Assembly (NCBI GenBank): GCA_030055465.1
Contig: JASFYF010000001.1
Span: 830,581 to 894,580 of the forward strand
Length of the DNA stretch: 64,000 nt
Origin: Candidatus Nezhaarchaeota archaeon
GTDB taxonomy: Archaea > Thermoproteota > Methanomethylicia > Nezhaarchaeales > WYZ-LMO8
Direction of reading: 5' to 3'
The position numbers and the translations under genes are program-made. The stretch's first letter is position 1, and each line of letters begins with the position of its first letter. Shown piece by piece: positions 28,396 to 37,073 of this stretch. The notes under the pieces were generated by a model. The model did no database searches. It saw only the letters and a list, made by a program, of their open reading frames with translations, and was not told the origin of the DNA.

Positions 28396-28593
28396 GTCCG
28401 TCTGCTTCTGCACTATGTTTACGTCTATGACCTCATGTCTTAGGTTCGGAAGCAGCACATCAACTATTTCAGGCTCCTTTATTACGAGGTTGTTGGCAAA
28501 AACCTCATCTATGCTCGTTATCTTGCCTTCCTTCACCAGCCTTCCTACGCTTGTTGCTGGAACCCATGTTTCTAGCGTGGACATGCTCACCAA
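28396..28593 (-). CDS. rps5: 30S ribosomal protein S5 (uS5), exon 1 (66 codons ending ...NIVQKQTD)
   Basis: N-terminal uS5 region ([21 protein letters not shown]...[10 protein letters not shown]). The listed ORF continues 2 codons into the intron to a TAA. Confidence 0.85.
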
Positions 28594-28639
28594 CCCATAC
28601 CTAGCCCATTTTTAATAGTGAACCTACACTATTGAAGCT

Positions 28640-29275
28640 TTATTTTAAGCTTTCCCCTTTAGCGGTTTGGCTTGCGCGTTCCATGCTTATAGAATGCTCT
28701 ATGCGCTTCTTCACATCTTCAAATGCCTCAGGCATTCTTTCAGGATCAAAGTTCTCCTTCACATACGCCGAGAAGAGCTTCTCATATCTATCAGGAGCTT
28801 CCACTTTAAGCTGTTTAGCGTATTCAACCACGTGTAGTCCTTTGATCCTCTCTTCGGATGGAAGAACTTCAGGGTCATGGGGGATCTCTAGCCCAGCATC
28901 AATAGCCCCCTTCAAAGCCGCAAAGACCCTGGCCCCCCTCACAGCCCTGTGCAGCCCTATGTAGGGCACAGCCTCCTTTACTCCTGCTTTAAGGGCCCTC
29001 AGCGAGGCCAAGTAGCCAGTTAAGTAGGCTGCGGGCGTGTTTTTGCACGAGGCAGGCCACTTGAACCTGTCTTTCAGCTCCTTTCCCGTCGCCTGCGCTA
29101 TCACCACGTCGCCCTTGACTTCTGGCTTAACTACCTGAACTATCACCTGCGAGTTTGTCTTCCTAACAACGAGGATTGGTCTCCCCGAAAGTATCATCGC
29201 TTTTCTTACCCTGTAATCCGTTAATCCCTTCCTCCTCCTCTTGAAGGGTATCTTCTTCGAAGATCCACCGGGCAA
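28640..29275 (-). CDS. rpl18: 50S ribosomal protein L18 (uL18)
   Basis: Contains PFKRRRKGLTDYRVRKAMILSGRPILVVRKTNSQV, in the conserved operon position. Confidence 0.95.
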   Translation of the reverse strand: MPGGSSKKIPFKRRRKGLTDYRVRKAMILSGRPILVVRKTNSQVIVQVVKPEVKGDVVIAQATGKELKDRFKWPASCKNTPAAYLTGYLASLRALKAGVKEAVPYIGLHRAVRGARVFAALKGAIDAGLEIPHDPEVLPSEERIKGLHVVEYAKQLKVEAPDRYEKLFSAYVKENFDPERMPEAFEDVKKRIEHSISMERASQTAKGESLK

Positions 29276-29277
29276 AC

Positions 29278-29724
29278 CTAAACCCTCCTGATCAGACCCT
29301 GCTCCTTTATGTAAGACTTCAAATGAGCTCTGCTGCGAAAGACCCCGCCCTTGATCATCACGTAGAGCCTCCTGTAAGTCTTGTTATCTATGGTCTTTCT
29401 ATCTCTTAGGTACCTGATAAGCCTCCTCAAAGCCCTAGTCCTAGCTATCCAGGCATCCCTCTCCAAGTAGCGCTTCGAGCCCTTCCTCGACCCTTCGCCA
29501 GCCCGTAAACCCTTGCGCTTCTTTAAGATGATGATCCTGGCCCTAGCCCTGCTAGTCCCCCTTACGGGCCTAGCCCTTATCACCCCTTCCTCTACGAGCC
29601 TTCGAACATCCTCTTTAGTTATCGCCGCCGCGGCGTCGTCAAGCCTTGAAGGGTCTATGTAAACTCTGCTTTCCCCTACGCCCAGCACCTCTGCAGCCAT
29701 CCTCTTCATGATTCTCATGTTCAT
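29278..29724 (-). CDS. rpl19e: 50S ribosomal protein L19e
   Basis: Contains KRMAAEVLGVGESRVYIDP...GTSRARAR. Confidence 0.95.
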   Translation of the reverse strand: MNMRIMKRMAAEVLGVGESRVYIDPSRLDDAAAAITKEDVRRLVEEGVIRARPVRGTSRARARIIILKKRKGLRAGEGSRKGSKRYLERDAWIARTRALRRLIRYLRDRKTIDNKTYRRLYVMIKGGVFRSRAHLKSYIKEQGLIRRV

Positions 29725-30116
29725 GTCTCAACACCAACGGTATTAAGAACCCTGAGGCCCAGGGTTTTCGCCTTCTCGAGGATCTGGAGGCGCTTTCTTC
29801 TTCCAACAACATGAGCAACCCTCACGCAGTGAAGTGAAGGGTTGAGGCCGTAAAGATCTTCAGGCCTGTAAACTAGGACTTCAATAAGGCCTGAGGGGTG
29901 CAAACCCCTAACCACCCGTGGATTTCTGTAGCCGACCCTAACAAGGGGTGGGTAACCCTTCCTGCAAAGCTTTATCTTATTGTCTATGCTTCGAGGCTTC
30001 CTCCATCTATCCTCATCTACCCTTTTGAGCTTTAGAGTGTTGAGTCTCCTGAAGGTTGGCCTAGCCCTCCCCATCTTCAACCTAAGCCTTAGAAGCCTTT
30101 TCTTGACGCCTTGCAA
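29721..30116 (-). CDS. rpl32e: 50S ribosomal protein L32e
   Basis: Contains RWRKPRSIDNKIKLCRKGYPPLVRVGYRNPRVVRGLHPSG. Confidence 0.95.
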   Translation of the reverse strand: MQGVKKRLLRLRLKMGRARPTFRRLNTLKLKRVDEDRWRKPRSIDNKIKLCRKGYPPLVRVGYRNPRVVRGLHPSGLIEVLVYRPEDLYGLNPSLHCVRVAHVVGRRKRLQILEKAKTLGLRVLNTVGVET

Positions 30117-30187
30117 TGCATCTAACCTCCGAGGTTACTCCCTTCCACACGCTATAAGTTTAAAAACTTTTCACGATGCAAGGCGGG

Positions 30188-30757
30188 CTACACGATGCTT
30201 CTGCCCTTGCGCTCATAGATGAATATGCCGTCCATGAAGACCCTAGGGTCATAACCCTTAGTTCTGGTGGCTTGTTCTATGCTGGCGGCCGTCTGAGCTA
30301 CTTCCTCCACGTCTACGCCGCTCACTATCACGTCGTCTCCCTCAACCTCTACCTTCACGTTGCCGCGTATCTTTGCTATCCTTTTCTCCTTTTCTCCTCT
30401 AAAGTTCTCTATGACCACCTTGTCCTTCTCAACCTTAACGTTCATTGGGAAGTGGGAGTACACTATCTTGAGCTTATACGTGAAGCCCTCCGTAACCCCC
30501 CTTATCATGTTCCTTATGTGCGATGATATCGTCCCACACAGGCTTTTGCCCCTTCTGCCTTTAAGGGGCGACCCAACCAAGAGCTTGGAGGAGTCCACGT
30601 TGATCACAACTTTGGCATGAGAGAAATCCTTTACAAGCGTCCCCAGAGGACCTTTAACCAGCACTTTGCCTTCTCCTTCAACCTTTACTTCAACGTTCTC
30701 CGGCAACTCTATCTCCTCAACCATGGGCAATTTATTGAGCAACTTCATTTTGGACAC
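30188..30757 (-). CDS. rpl6: 50S ribosomal protein L6 (uL6)
   Basis: 189 aa containing VKVEGEGKVLVKGPLG...YSHFPMNVKV. Confidence 0.95.
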   Translation of the reverse strand: MSKMKLLNKLPMVEEIELPENVEVKVEGEGKVLVKGPLGTLVKDFSHAKVVINVDSSKLLVGSPLKGRRGKSLCGTISSHIRNMIRGVTEGFTYKLKIVYSHFPMNVKVEKDKVVIENFRGEKEKRIAKIRGNVKVEVEGDDVIVSGVDVEEVAQTAASIEQATRTKGYDPRVFMDGIFIYERKGRSIV

Positions 30758-30764
30758 CTGGCGC

Positions 30765-31157
30765 CTAGTACACGTAGGCTAGCAGGATACCTCCAATGCC
30801 GAGCTCTTTCGCCTCCTTATGCGTTACAATGCCCTTTGATGAAGATAGGAGGAGAAGACCTATATCGGTTGAAGGTAGAAACCTCTTCTCCCACCTCTCG
30901 AACTCGTCTTTTCTCACGGGAAACCTCGGCTTTATGGCTCCGCAGTCGTTTATCCTGCCGAGCAATTGAACCTTAATCTTGCCTGAGCGCCCGTCATCTA
31001 TATACTCGAAATTACCTATGTAGCCGCACTTTAACATGACCCTTAGCACGTTGGCTATGAGCTTCGAGGCCGGCACTATTAAGGCTTCGGTTTTAGCCCT
31101 CGACTCGCAGTTCTTAATTGTTGCCAAGGCATTTGAAAGGGTATCGTTCATAACCAT
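30765..31157 (-). CDS. rps8: 30S ribosomal protein S8 (uS8)
   Basis: Contains [18 protein letters not shown]...GGILLAYVY. Confidence 0.95.
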   Translation of the reverse strand: MVMNDTLSNALATIKNCESRAKTEALIVPASKLIANVLRVMLKCGYIGNFEYIDDGRSGKIKVQLLGRINDCGAIKPRFPVRKDEFERWEKRFLPSTDIGLLLLSSSKGIVTHKEAKELGIGGILLAYVY

Positions 31158-31169
31158 TCCAGCTCACTC

Positions 31170-31334
31170 CTACGCGAATTTCTTGAAGCCCAGCTTAGGG
31201 GCTACCTCGCGGAAGCAACGCCTACACAGCATCAAGCCATACTTGCGCACTAAAGCTTCATGGGTTCCGCAGACTCTGCATTCCCTGCTGCCCTTGCCGA
31301 ACTTCCTCTCTTTAGGAGGTCTAAGCTTCCCCAA
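31170..31334 (-). CDS. rps14: 30S ribosomal protein S14 type Z (uS14), 54 aa, missing from the ORF track
   Basis: TTG 31334 to TAG 31170 encodes [54 protein letters not shown] (CxxC...CxxC), between rpl5 and rps8. Confidence 0.9.
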   Translation of the reverse strand: MGKLRPPKERKFGKGSRECRVCGTHEALVRKYGLMLCRRCFREVAPKLGFKKFA

Positions 31335-31344
31335 TCATATCACC

Positions 31345-31866
31345 TTAAACCAATTTCACCCCAAAGACTTCCTGGATGAAGTTTATGCTCTCCCTCTTCG
31401 TGACCCTGTGGTTTTTACCTATCTTGGACTTTTTCCTCCTCCTCCTGCTAACGCGATATCCAGGCCTCTCAACGGCAATACAAACGTCGAAGCCGAATAT
31501 GCCCAGCGTCGGATCGTATTTAACCCCGGGAATGGATATGTGCTCCTTCACCCCGAAGGAGAAGTTGCCGTTCCCATCGAAGGCCGCTTCCTTGATGCTA
31601 TTGCCAACCGCCTCCAGCGCCCTCCTAAGAAAGGCTAACGCGGGTTCCCCCCTTAGGGTAACCATGCATGCTATGTTTTCGCCCTTTCTTATGCCGAACT
31701 CCTTGATCGTCTTTTTGGCTTTTCTGATGCTCGGTTTTTGCCCTGTAAGCGCTTCAAGCACGGTTGCAGCCTTTGCAAGCTTTTCTCCTGAGGTTCCTAC
31801 GGCCATGTTAACGACGACCTTGCTTATCGTGAGCTTTCTCATAATGTTCTGGCCTTCTAAAGTCAT
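31345..31866 (-). CDS. rpl5: 50S ribosomal protein L5 (uL5)
   Basis: 173 aa containing MRKLTISKVVVNMAVG...GIFGFDVCI. Confidence 0.95.
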   Translation of the reverse strand: MTLEGQNIMRKLTISKVVVNMAVGTSGEKLAKAATVLEALTGQKPSIRKAKKTIKEFGIRKGENIACMVTLRGEPALAFLRRALEAVGNSIKEAAFDGNGNFSFGVKEHISIPGVKYDPTLGIFGFDVCIAVERPGYRVSRRRRKKSKIGKNHRVTKRESINFIQEVFGVKLV

Positions 31867-31874
31867 CTAAGCCA

Positions 31875-32618
31875 TCACCCTATGGTGAGGATTGGCGCAT
31901 CCCTCCCAACGACAAATACCGTCGGGTAACCGACGTCAAACCTCTCGCCGCCGTGCTCAAAGGTGACTATCCTGTGCTCCCTCATGGGGCTGCCCTTAAT
32001 CTCCACTATCTTGCCAACCCTTCCGATCTTCTTGCCGCTTATAACTAGTGCTACGTTGCCAGGCTCAAAGCTGTAGTGCTCCAAGATCTTGCGGTCCGGC
32101 AGGGACAGCTTAACCACATCGAAGGTCCTGTAAACGTCTTCAACCGGGTTCTTGGGGTCTGAAACCCTTACAAGTACGTTGCTACCATCATGTAGGTTTA
32201 GCTGTACGTGTCCTCCCTTCACGGTTTTCTTGTTCTCAATCCTGCAGAGCTTAAATTGCTTCTCGCCTTCGGGTATAGGGACCAAGTCGAGGATCTTGCC
32301 GGGCCTAGGCAGCAGCCTAAACAGGAGGCCCTCCTTCTCCACCTCTATAACATCCATGAGTCCAACGGGAAACTTAAAGTCCCTCCTCGTTACGCCGTCA
32401 ACCTTGATTGCGCCAGACCTCAATATGTACTTCGCCTCTCTCGAGGTCTCAGCCAAGTTGAGTATATCCCTCACCACTATGATCAATGGCATGCCCTTCT
32501 CCAAGGAGTGAGGCCCTGGAGATGGCCTAGGGGCCCATACGTGTTCTTTAACCGGTATAGGCCACCAAGCAGGCATCGCGTAACGCTTCAATCCAGTGGA
32601 GGAGGATTTCCTAGTCAT
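31875..32618 (-). CDS. rps4e: 30S ribosomal protein S4e
   Basis: 247 aa containing GLKRYAMPAWWPI...GPHSLEKGMPL. Confidence 0.95.
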   Translation of the reverse strand: MTRKSSSTGLKRYAMPAWWPIPVKEHVWAPRPSPGPHSLEKGMPLIIVVRDILNLAETSREAKYILRSGAIKVDGVTRRDFKFPVGLMDVIEVEKEGLLFRLLPRPGKILDLVPIPEGEKQFKLCRIENKKTVKGGHVQLNLHDGSNVLVRVSDPKNPVEDVYRTFDVVKLSLPDRKILEHYSFEPGNVALVISGKKIGRVGKIVEIKGSPMREHRIVTFEHGGERFDVGYPTVFVVGRDAPILTIG

Positions 32619-32630
32619 ATAACTTTCACC

Positions 32631-33020
32631 CTAAGACTGCTGAGCAGATGATTTAACGGATTTTTTCCTTTCAATTATTTTCCTTCTCCAACCATCGTCT
32701 AGGTTAAGCTTTATGATTTGAACCTTAGAGGGATGAAGCGGGATGGGAATCTCGGAGCCGTCGCTCCTCTTCCTTATTAGCCCCTCAACGCAAATTCTGT
32801 ACTTTTTGTTATCTACCACAGTAACTTTCCCAGTATGGCCTTTATGGTCCCCCCTAACCACGGTTACGGTGTCGCCGAGCCGTATGGGGAGGGACCGGAA
32901 GCCATACTCCTTTCTAAGAGCATCCGATAGGTTCGACGACATTATTTTGTGCCTTAAATGCTGTGGGGCTTGATGCAGGAAGCGCCTCTGCTTCCTGGGT
33001 TGTTTGGTTTTCAAATGCAT
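32631..33020 (-). CDS. rpl24: 50S ribosomal protein L24 (uL24)
   Basis: Contains [14 protein letters not shown]...[21 protein letters not shown] 33020 lies 11 nt after the rpl14 stop; the listed longer start overlaps rpl14. Confidence 0.92.
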   Translation of the reverse strand: MHLKTKQPRKQRRFLHQAPQHLRHKIMSSNLSDALRKEYGFRSLPIRLGDTVTVVRGDHKGHTGKVTVVDNKKYRICVEGLIRKRSDGSEIPIPLHPSKVQIIKLNLDDGWRRKIIERKKSVKSSAQQS

Positions 33021-33031
33021 GATTAAGCCAC

Positions 33032-33460
33032 CTATATTATCATGGTTGCCAGCGCTGCCACCTTCGGCCACCTTTCCGCAGCTTCACGGGCAACGGGACC
33101 CCTTATCTCCGTTCCCTTGGGGGTGCCGTCCTCTGTGACCACGACTGCGGCGTTATCCTCGAATTGGATCCATTGACCGTTAGGCCTTCTGAACGGTTTC
33201 CTCTGCCTTATCACAACGGCCCTTACGATCTGCTTCCTCATCTCCGAGGTACCCCTCCTCACGGAGGCTATCACCATGTCGCCTACGCTCGCGCCTACAA
33301 CCCTCCGATGCCTCGCCTTACCCCTAACAACGCCTATGATGGTTAACTCCTGTGCACCGCTATTATCGGCGCAGGGCATGCTGGAGCCAGGGAACATCCC
33401 AGCGCTTATCTTCGGTCTGTAGGAAATCCCGGTTGCCGCCTTTGTTCCTCGTTTTGCCAT
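33032..33460 (-). CDS. rpl14: 50S ribosomal protein L14 (uL14)
   Basis: Contains [15 protein letters not shown]...[20 protein letters not shown]. Confidence 0.95.
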   Translation of the reverse strand: MAKRGTKAATGISYRPKISAGMFPGSSMPCADNSGAQELTIIGVVRGKARHRRVVGASVGDMVIASVRRGTSEMRKQIVRAVVIRQRKPFRRPNGQWIQFEDNAAVVVTEDGTPKGTEIRGPVAREAAERWPKVAALATMII

Positions 33461-33545
33461 TAGGACCCTCCGGCCAAGGTTGTGGAGTCATAGAGGCTTG
33501 CAGGTATAAAAATTTACCCTTCAACCGCGGGCTGCCAAGAAGCCC

Positions 33546-33896
33546 CTAAGAAGTGGGAGAGAACTTGCCTAGAACCACGAAGCTCACGGTCTTGGCTAAA
33601 GGCCTGCATTCACCTACAATTACTTTATCTCCAACGTTAACGTTTAAGCACGGCGGCAGGTGGGCGTGTATCTTCTTTCTCCTCCTCTCGTACCTCTCGT
33701 ACTTTTTTACGTAGAGTGTATACTCGTGGAGAATCGTCGCCGTCTTCCTCATCTTTACGCTTATCAGGGTGCCTTCAAGTATCTTGCCTCTAACCGAGAG
33801 GGAGCCGTGGTATGGGCAGTCGACGTCGTTACAAGCTTTTTCGGGTACCTGTACCCCTGGTACACCCACGTTTCTGGCCTTTACTGTCCCGCTCAT
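33546..33896 (-). CDS. rps17: 30S ribosomal protein S17 (uS17)
   Basis: Contains CPYHGSLSVRGKILEGTLISVKM...GDKVIVGECRPLAKTVSFVVL. Confidence 0.95.
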   Translation of the reverse strand: MSGTVKARNVGVPGVQVPEKACNDVDCPYHGSLSVRGKILEGTLISVKMRKTATILHEYTLYVKKYERYERRRKKIHAHLPPCLNVNVGDKVIVGECRPLAKTVSFVVLGKFSPTS

Positions 33897-34033
33897 GGTC
33901 TTCGATCACCGCTAAGCAAGAAACCACTGAAAAGCTGTTTAAAAAGTTTTGCCTAGAAGCGCGTCGCGGTAATTGGCAGCTCGTAGCCACCGAAGGGCGA
34001 TGAGTGGTGGTTGCTAACCCCTGAGCTTGGCCA

Positions 34034-34321
34034 TCACCACCACCTCTTGGATACGCGCTTCACCCTGTCCTCTGGTCTCCCCACAAGGATGGAACCTTCA
34101 ACCTCAACTATTACGCCGTCGGGTAGCCTGAACCTGAACTTGCATGAATCCTTGGGCACCGATTTCACTCGCTTCTGGCCATTCATTATCTTCAAGGTCT
34201 TCATGGTTTCGTCAACAACTACGCCTTCAATCCCAGCGTAACCCCTATGAGTTCCATCAACTACCTTTACCCTGAGACCTATCAGCTCGTGCATTAATAT
34301 GTTGCTCGGAGTTACAGGCAT
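34034..34321 (-). CDS. rnp1: RNase P protein component 1 (Rpp29/Pop4)
   Basis: Contains HELIGLRVKVVDGTHRGYAGIEGVVVDETMKTLKI, in the conserved position upstream of rps17. Confidence 0.9.
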   Translation of the reverse strand: MPVTPSNILMHELIGLRVKVVDGTHRGYAGIEGVVVDETMKTLKIMNGQKRVKSVPKDSCKFRFRLPDGVIVEVEGSILVGRPEDRVKRVSKRWW

Positions 34322-34325
34322 AGCC

Positions 34326-35417
34326 TCACCCTTGATTTGTCATGAGATCCATAATTAACCTTCCAACCTCTCCTCGCTTCACCAATTCCGAGTTGTCCCC
34401 CACGTTTAGAACCAAGTTTAGTGCGTGTTTAACCTCAACGTTCGGTTTGGCGCTCCAGAACATGTTAGCGCAGGTGTAACAGTATACAACCATCAAGGAG
34501 GCCCCGGTCTCGGCGAATTCGCTAAACCTTGCACTTGCCATGGTTAACGGAAGAACGGCATTGCTACATGATACCAATCCGCCGGCACCACAGCATAGCG
34601 TTTTAGTCTTTGAGTGTCTCATCTCGAGTATCCGGCAGCCCGAAAGAACCTTTCTCACCTGCTCGCCGAAGATCCCCTCGAAGCGATCGGGGCAGCTGTC
34701 GTGAATAGTCAAGATAGGGTCTCCTCCACATCCAAAGCCACCAACCGTGCGCCTTAGAAGGCCGTAGGGGGTTGATACCTTAAAGCGGCCCCACAGCCTA
34801 GGTTTAAGGTAATAAAAGCAGTTGGGGCACGCCGTTACCAGGGCCTCGCACCCGCGCCTTTTAAGCTCCGCCACCACTCTTCCCTCAAGCCATGCCCTCG
34901 CCCTCGATTCCAAGCCCGAGTCGTGGAGTGGTTTGCCGCAGCATAAATCCAGAACCCCCACCTCCCCCAGCTCCTCTGCTAGAACCTCGTAAACCTTCAC
35001 GACGGCTTTAGGTGAGAAGCACGCCATGGAGCAGCCCGGGAAGAAGGCATGCTTAAACTTACTTGGAGAGTGCTCGCTGAAGTCTATATCCATTCGTTCC
35101 TTGAGGGCACCAATTAGGAATGCAGGCTCGTCGGGGAAGTTGACCCTATAGCAGGGATTTTGCTGTACGTTTAAATCAGCCGAGTCGCGTCGGCTGCGAA
35201 GCATCATTTCGGCCACATCAACTTGGTTTGGGCATACCGCCTTGCACAACCCACACAGGAAGCATAGAAATTGGAGCCCCCGAACTTCTTCGTCACCCCT
35301 TACGAGGCCCTCTGCTATGGCTCGAGGAGTTTTAGACACGGCCTTAAGGAAAACGCATTCTTCAACGCATAAGCCACACGAAGTGCATTTATCCATTGTC
35401 GAGGTTAAAGCTGACAT
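34326..35417 (-). CDS. Fe-S oxidoreductase, HdrD/GlpC-like (2x ferredoxin CxxCxxC plus two CCG domains)
   Basis: Contains CTSCGLCVEEC, CFLCGLCKAVCP, LCCGKP and LCCGAGG. Its stop lies 4 nt before the rnp1 start. Confidence 0.7.
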   Translation of the reverse strand: MSALTSTMDKCTSCGLCVEECVFLKAVSKTPRAIAEGLVRGDEEVRGLQFLCFLCGLCKAVCPNQVDVAEMMLRSRRDSADLNVQQNPCYRVNFPDEPAFLIGALKERMDIDFSEHSPSKFKHAFFPGCSMACFSPKAVVKVYEVLAEELGEVGVLDLCCGKPLHDSGLESRARAWLEGRVVAELKRRGCEALVTACPNCFYYLKPRLWGRFKVSTPYGLLRRTVGGFGCGGDPILTIHDSCPDRFEGIFGEQVRKVLSGCRILEMRHSKTKTLCCGAGGLVSCSNAVLPLTMASARFSEFAETGASLMVVYCYTCANMFWSAKPNVEVKHALNLVLNVGDNSELVKRGEVGRLIMDLMTNQG

Positions 35418-35564
35418 GTCAACCTCAACCTATTATGTGTAACCTTTTACTCCTAGATGTCCATTTCTGCCCTTTGAGCTTTTTCATAGCTGCACCTCTG
35501 AATCCCCCTTCAATGGTTGCACGCCTCGCTTGGGCCAACGAGGGCCTCTTCCAGAAACTGCAAG

Positions 35565-36158
35565 CTATGCCTTGGGCAAAACTATGAAGCCTTCGCATTT
35601 ATCGCCTATCAATTCAACCTCGCCCTTAAAGTACTTGTAGGCAACGTAAGCGGACATCGCGGCATCCAGCTCGTGGATACTCCTGACATTTCCCAGCCTT
35701 AATCCAAGCCTCAAAAGGCCCTTGAGGGAGCCTTCAAAATCCTTCTTCGGCGACGCTATCCCCAAGGCAACGAAGGCCCCGGTTGGGAAAACCTCTATGA
35801 CATCGCAGCCGACATCCCTCAACGCCTCGCCCAACTTAATACCCCTGCGCGCCAGCCTCAACATTCCAGGCAGGCTTAACGGCAACACCTTGAAGCCCCT
35901 TCTCCTCGCCTCCAAGTCGCAGAACCTGAAAGCCCCTCCACCCTTCGGCATCGATAGCGGGGAGTCAACTGCCACAACCTTGGGCTTCAGGCTTAGCGCC
36001 AAGTTTATTACTTCCTCGTCAAACCTTAGAAGCCCCGCATCACACGACATGCTGCAAGCAGAAAGAACGCAGTAGCCGGACGGCCTCCGCTCCGTAGCGG
36101 CGAGGTCTATGCCTAAAAACAACAATCTCCCTCCGCACTTTACGTGTGAGGAAGACAT
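35565..36158 (-). CDS. RNase H-fold protein, DUF429-like (uncertain)
   Basis: The N-terminal LFLGIDLAA...GYCVL pattern is typical of RNase H-like folds. No firm family assignment without a search. Confidence 0.35.
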   Translation of the reverse strand: MSSSHVKCGGRLLFLGIDLAATERRPSGYCVLSACSMSCDAGLLRFDEEVINLALSLKPKVVAVDSPLSMPKGGGAFRFCDLEARRRGFKVLPLSLPGMLRLARRGIKLGEALRDVGCDVIEVFPTGAFVALGIASPKKDFEGSLKGLLRLGLRLGNVRSIHELDAAMSAYVAYKYFKGEVELIGDKCEGFIVLPKA

Positions 36159-36225
36159 ACAAAGCTTTCACTCACTTAAAGGCTATTAAAAAGCTCAAGG
36201 CAGGACACCTGAAGCCTCCAGCAGG

Positions 36226-36238
36226 TTTATCTTTAAAG
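36226..36238 (+). promoter_or_regulatory. TATA-box candidate TTTATCTTTAAAG for tRNA-Arg
   Basis: Centred about 25 nt upstream of the mature tRNA 5' end. Confidence 0.5.
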
Positions 36239-36256
36239 CCTCTTAAGCATGCTTAT

Positions 36257-36334
36257 GGGCCCGTAGCTCAGCACGGATTGAGCGCCGGCCTCCGGAGCCG
36301 GAGGTCCCGGGTTCAAATCCCGGCGGGCCCGCCA
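36257..36334 (+). tRNA. tRNA-Arg (anticodon CCG), CCA encoded
   Basis: Acceptor GGGCCCG/CGGGCCC, anticodon stem-loop CCGGC-CUCCGGA-GCCGG, T-arm CCGGGTTCAAATCCCGG. Confidence 0.92.
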
Positions 36335-37073
36335 TCAAGAACCCTTTCTCCTTTCTTGTTTTCTTAATAAAGCTTGAAATTGACCCCGTTATTAGGGTAT
36401 GTTTCATTGGTTTTAGAACTTATACAGCATCTCATCTGATGTTTTTCATGTTTCAGCATAAAAGCACTCATGTAACAATCTAGACTCCTCTCTATCATGT
36501 GTAGGAGAACGTGAAAGCTCCTCGAATACTCCGTTGTGAAGGCTGAGCTGAGAGGAAGATAGAGAGAAGATAGTAAGGCCTCGATGTCAATAGGCTTACT
36601 CTTATGAGGGCTGTTAATGTGAAGAACCTGATAAAACTATGAGAAGTTACACATGTTCTTAAGCATAATAGAAGAGGAGCTTCATGGCGTCTTGGGGTTC
36701 TGAAAAGCCCATCTAGAGGTACCCGATTCGGAGTTTGGGGTTGCATAGTTAAAGGTGGCAGGGTTATAAAGGTAGACAGAGAATATGCCCTTGGAATTTC
36801 ACAAGATTCCTTTTTATGCGCAAGAATTAAAGGTGGAAAACAACATCTCTCAGTCTATGAGGCTGAGATAACCTAAATCCCACGAACTTTAATGAATTCT
36901 CGTGAGTTTTAAGATATTTCTTCGCGTTATGGATTTAAAGGGCTTATCGGTTTTATTCATCAATTTCTCAGTTCTTTAATTATGACGTCATGAAGGTTTA
37001 TGTAGTAGGGCGCATAATAAGTGGAAGGCGTTTGCACCGGCAACCTAATGCCTCGAAGCGAGGGGATCTAGGC

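Noticed and set aside
36146-36367. Listed ORFs overlapping tRNA genes (36146..36367 over tRNA-Arg, 47962..48198 over tRNA-Gly-UCC).
   Set aside because: They read through structural RNA genes and have no coding signature.
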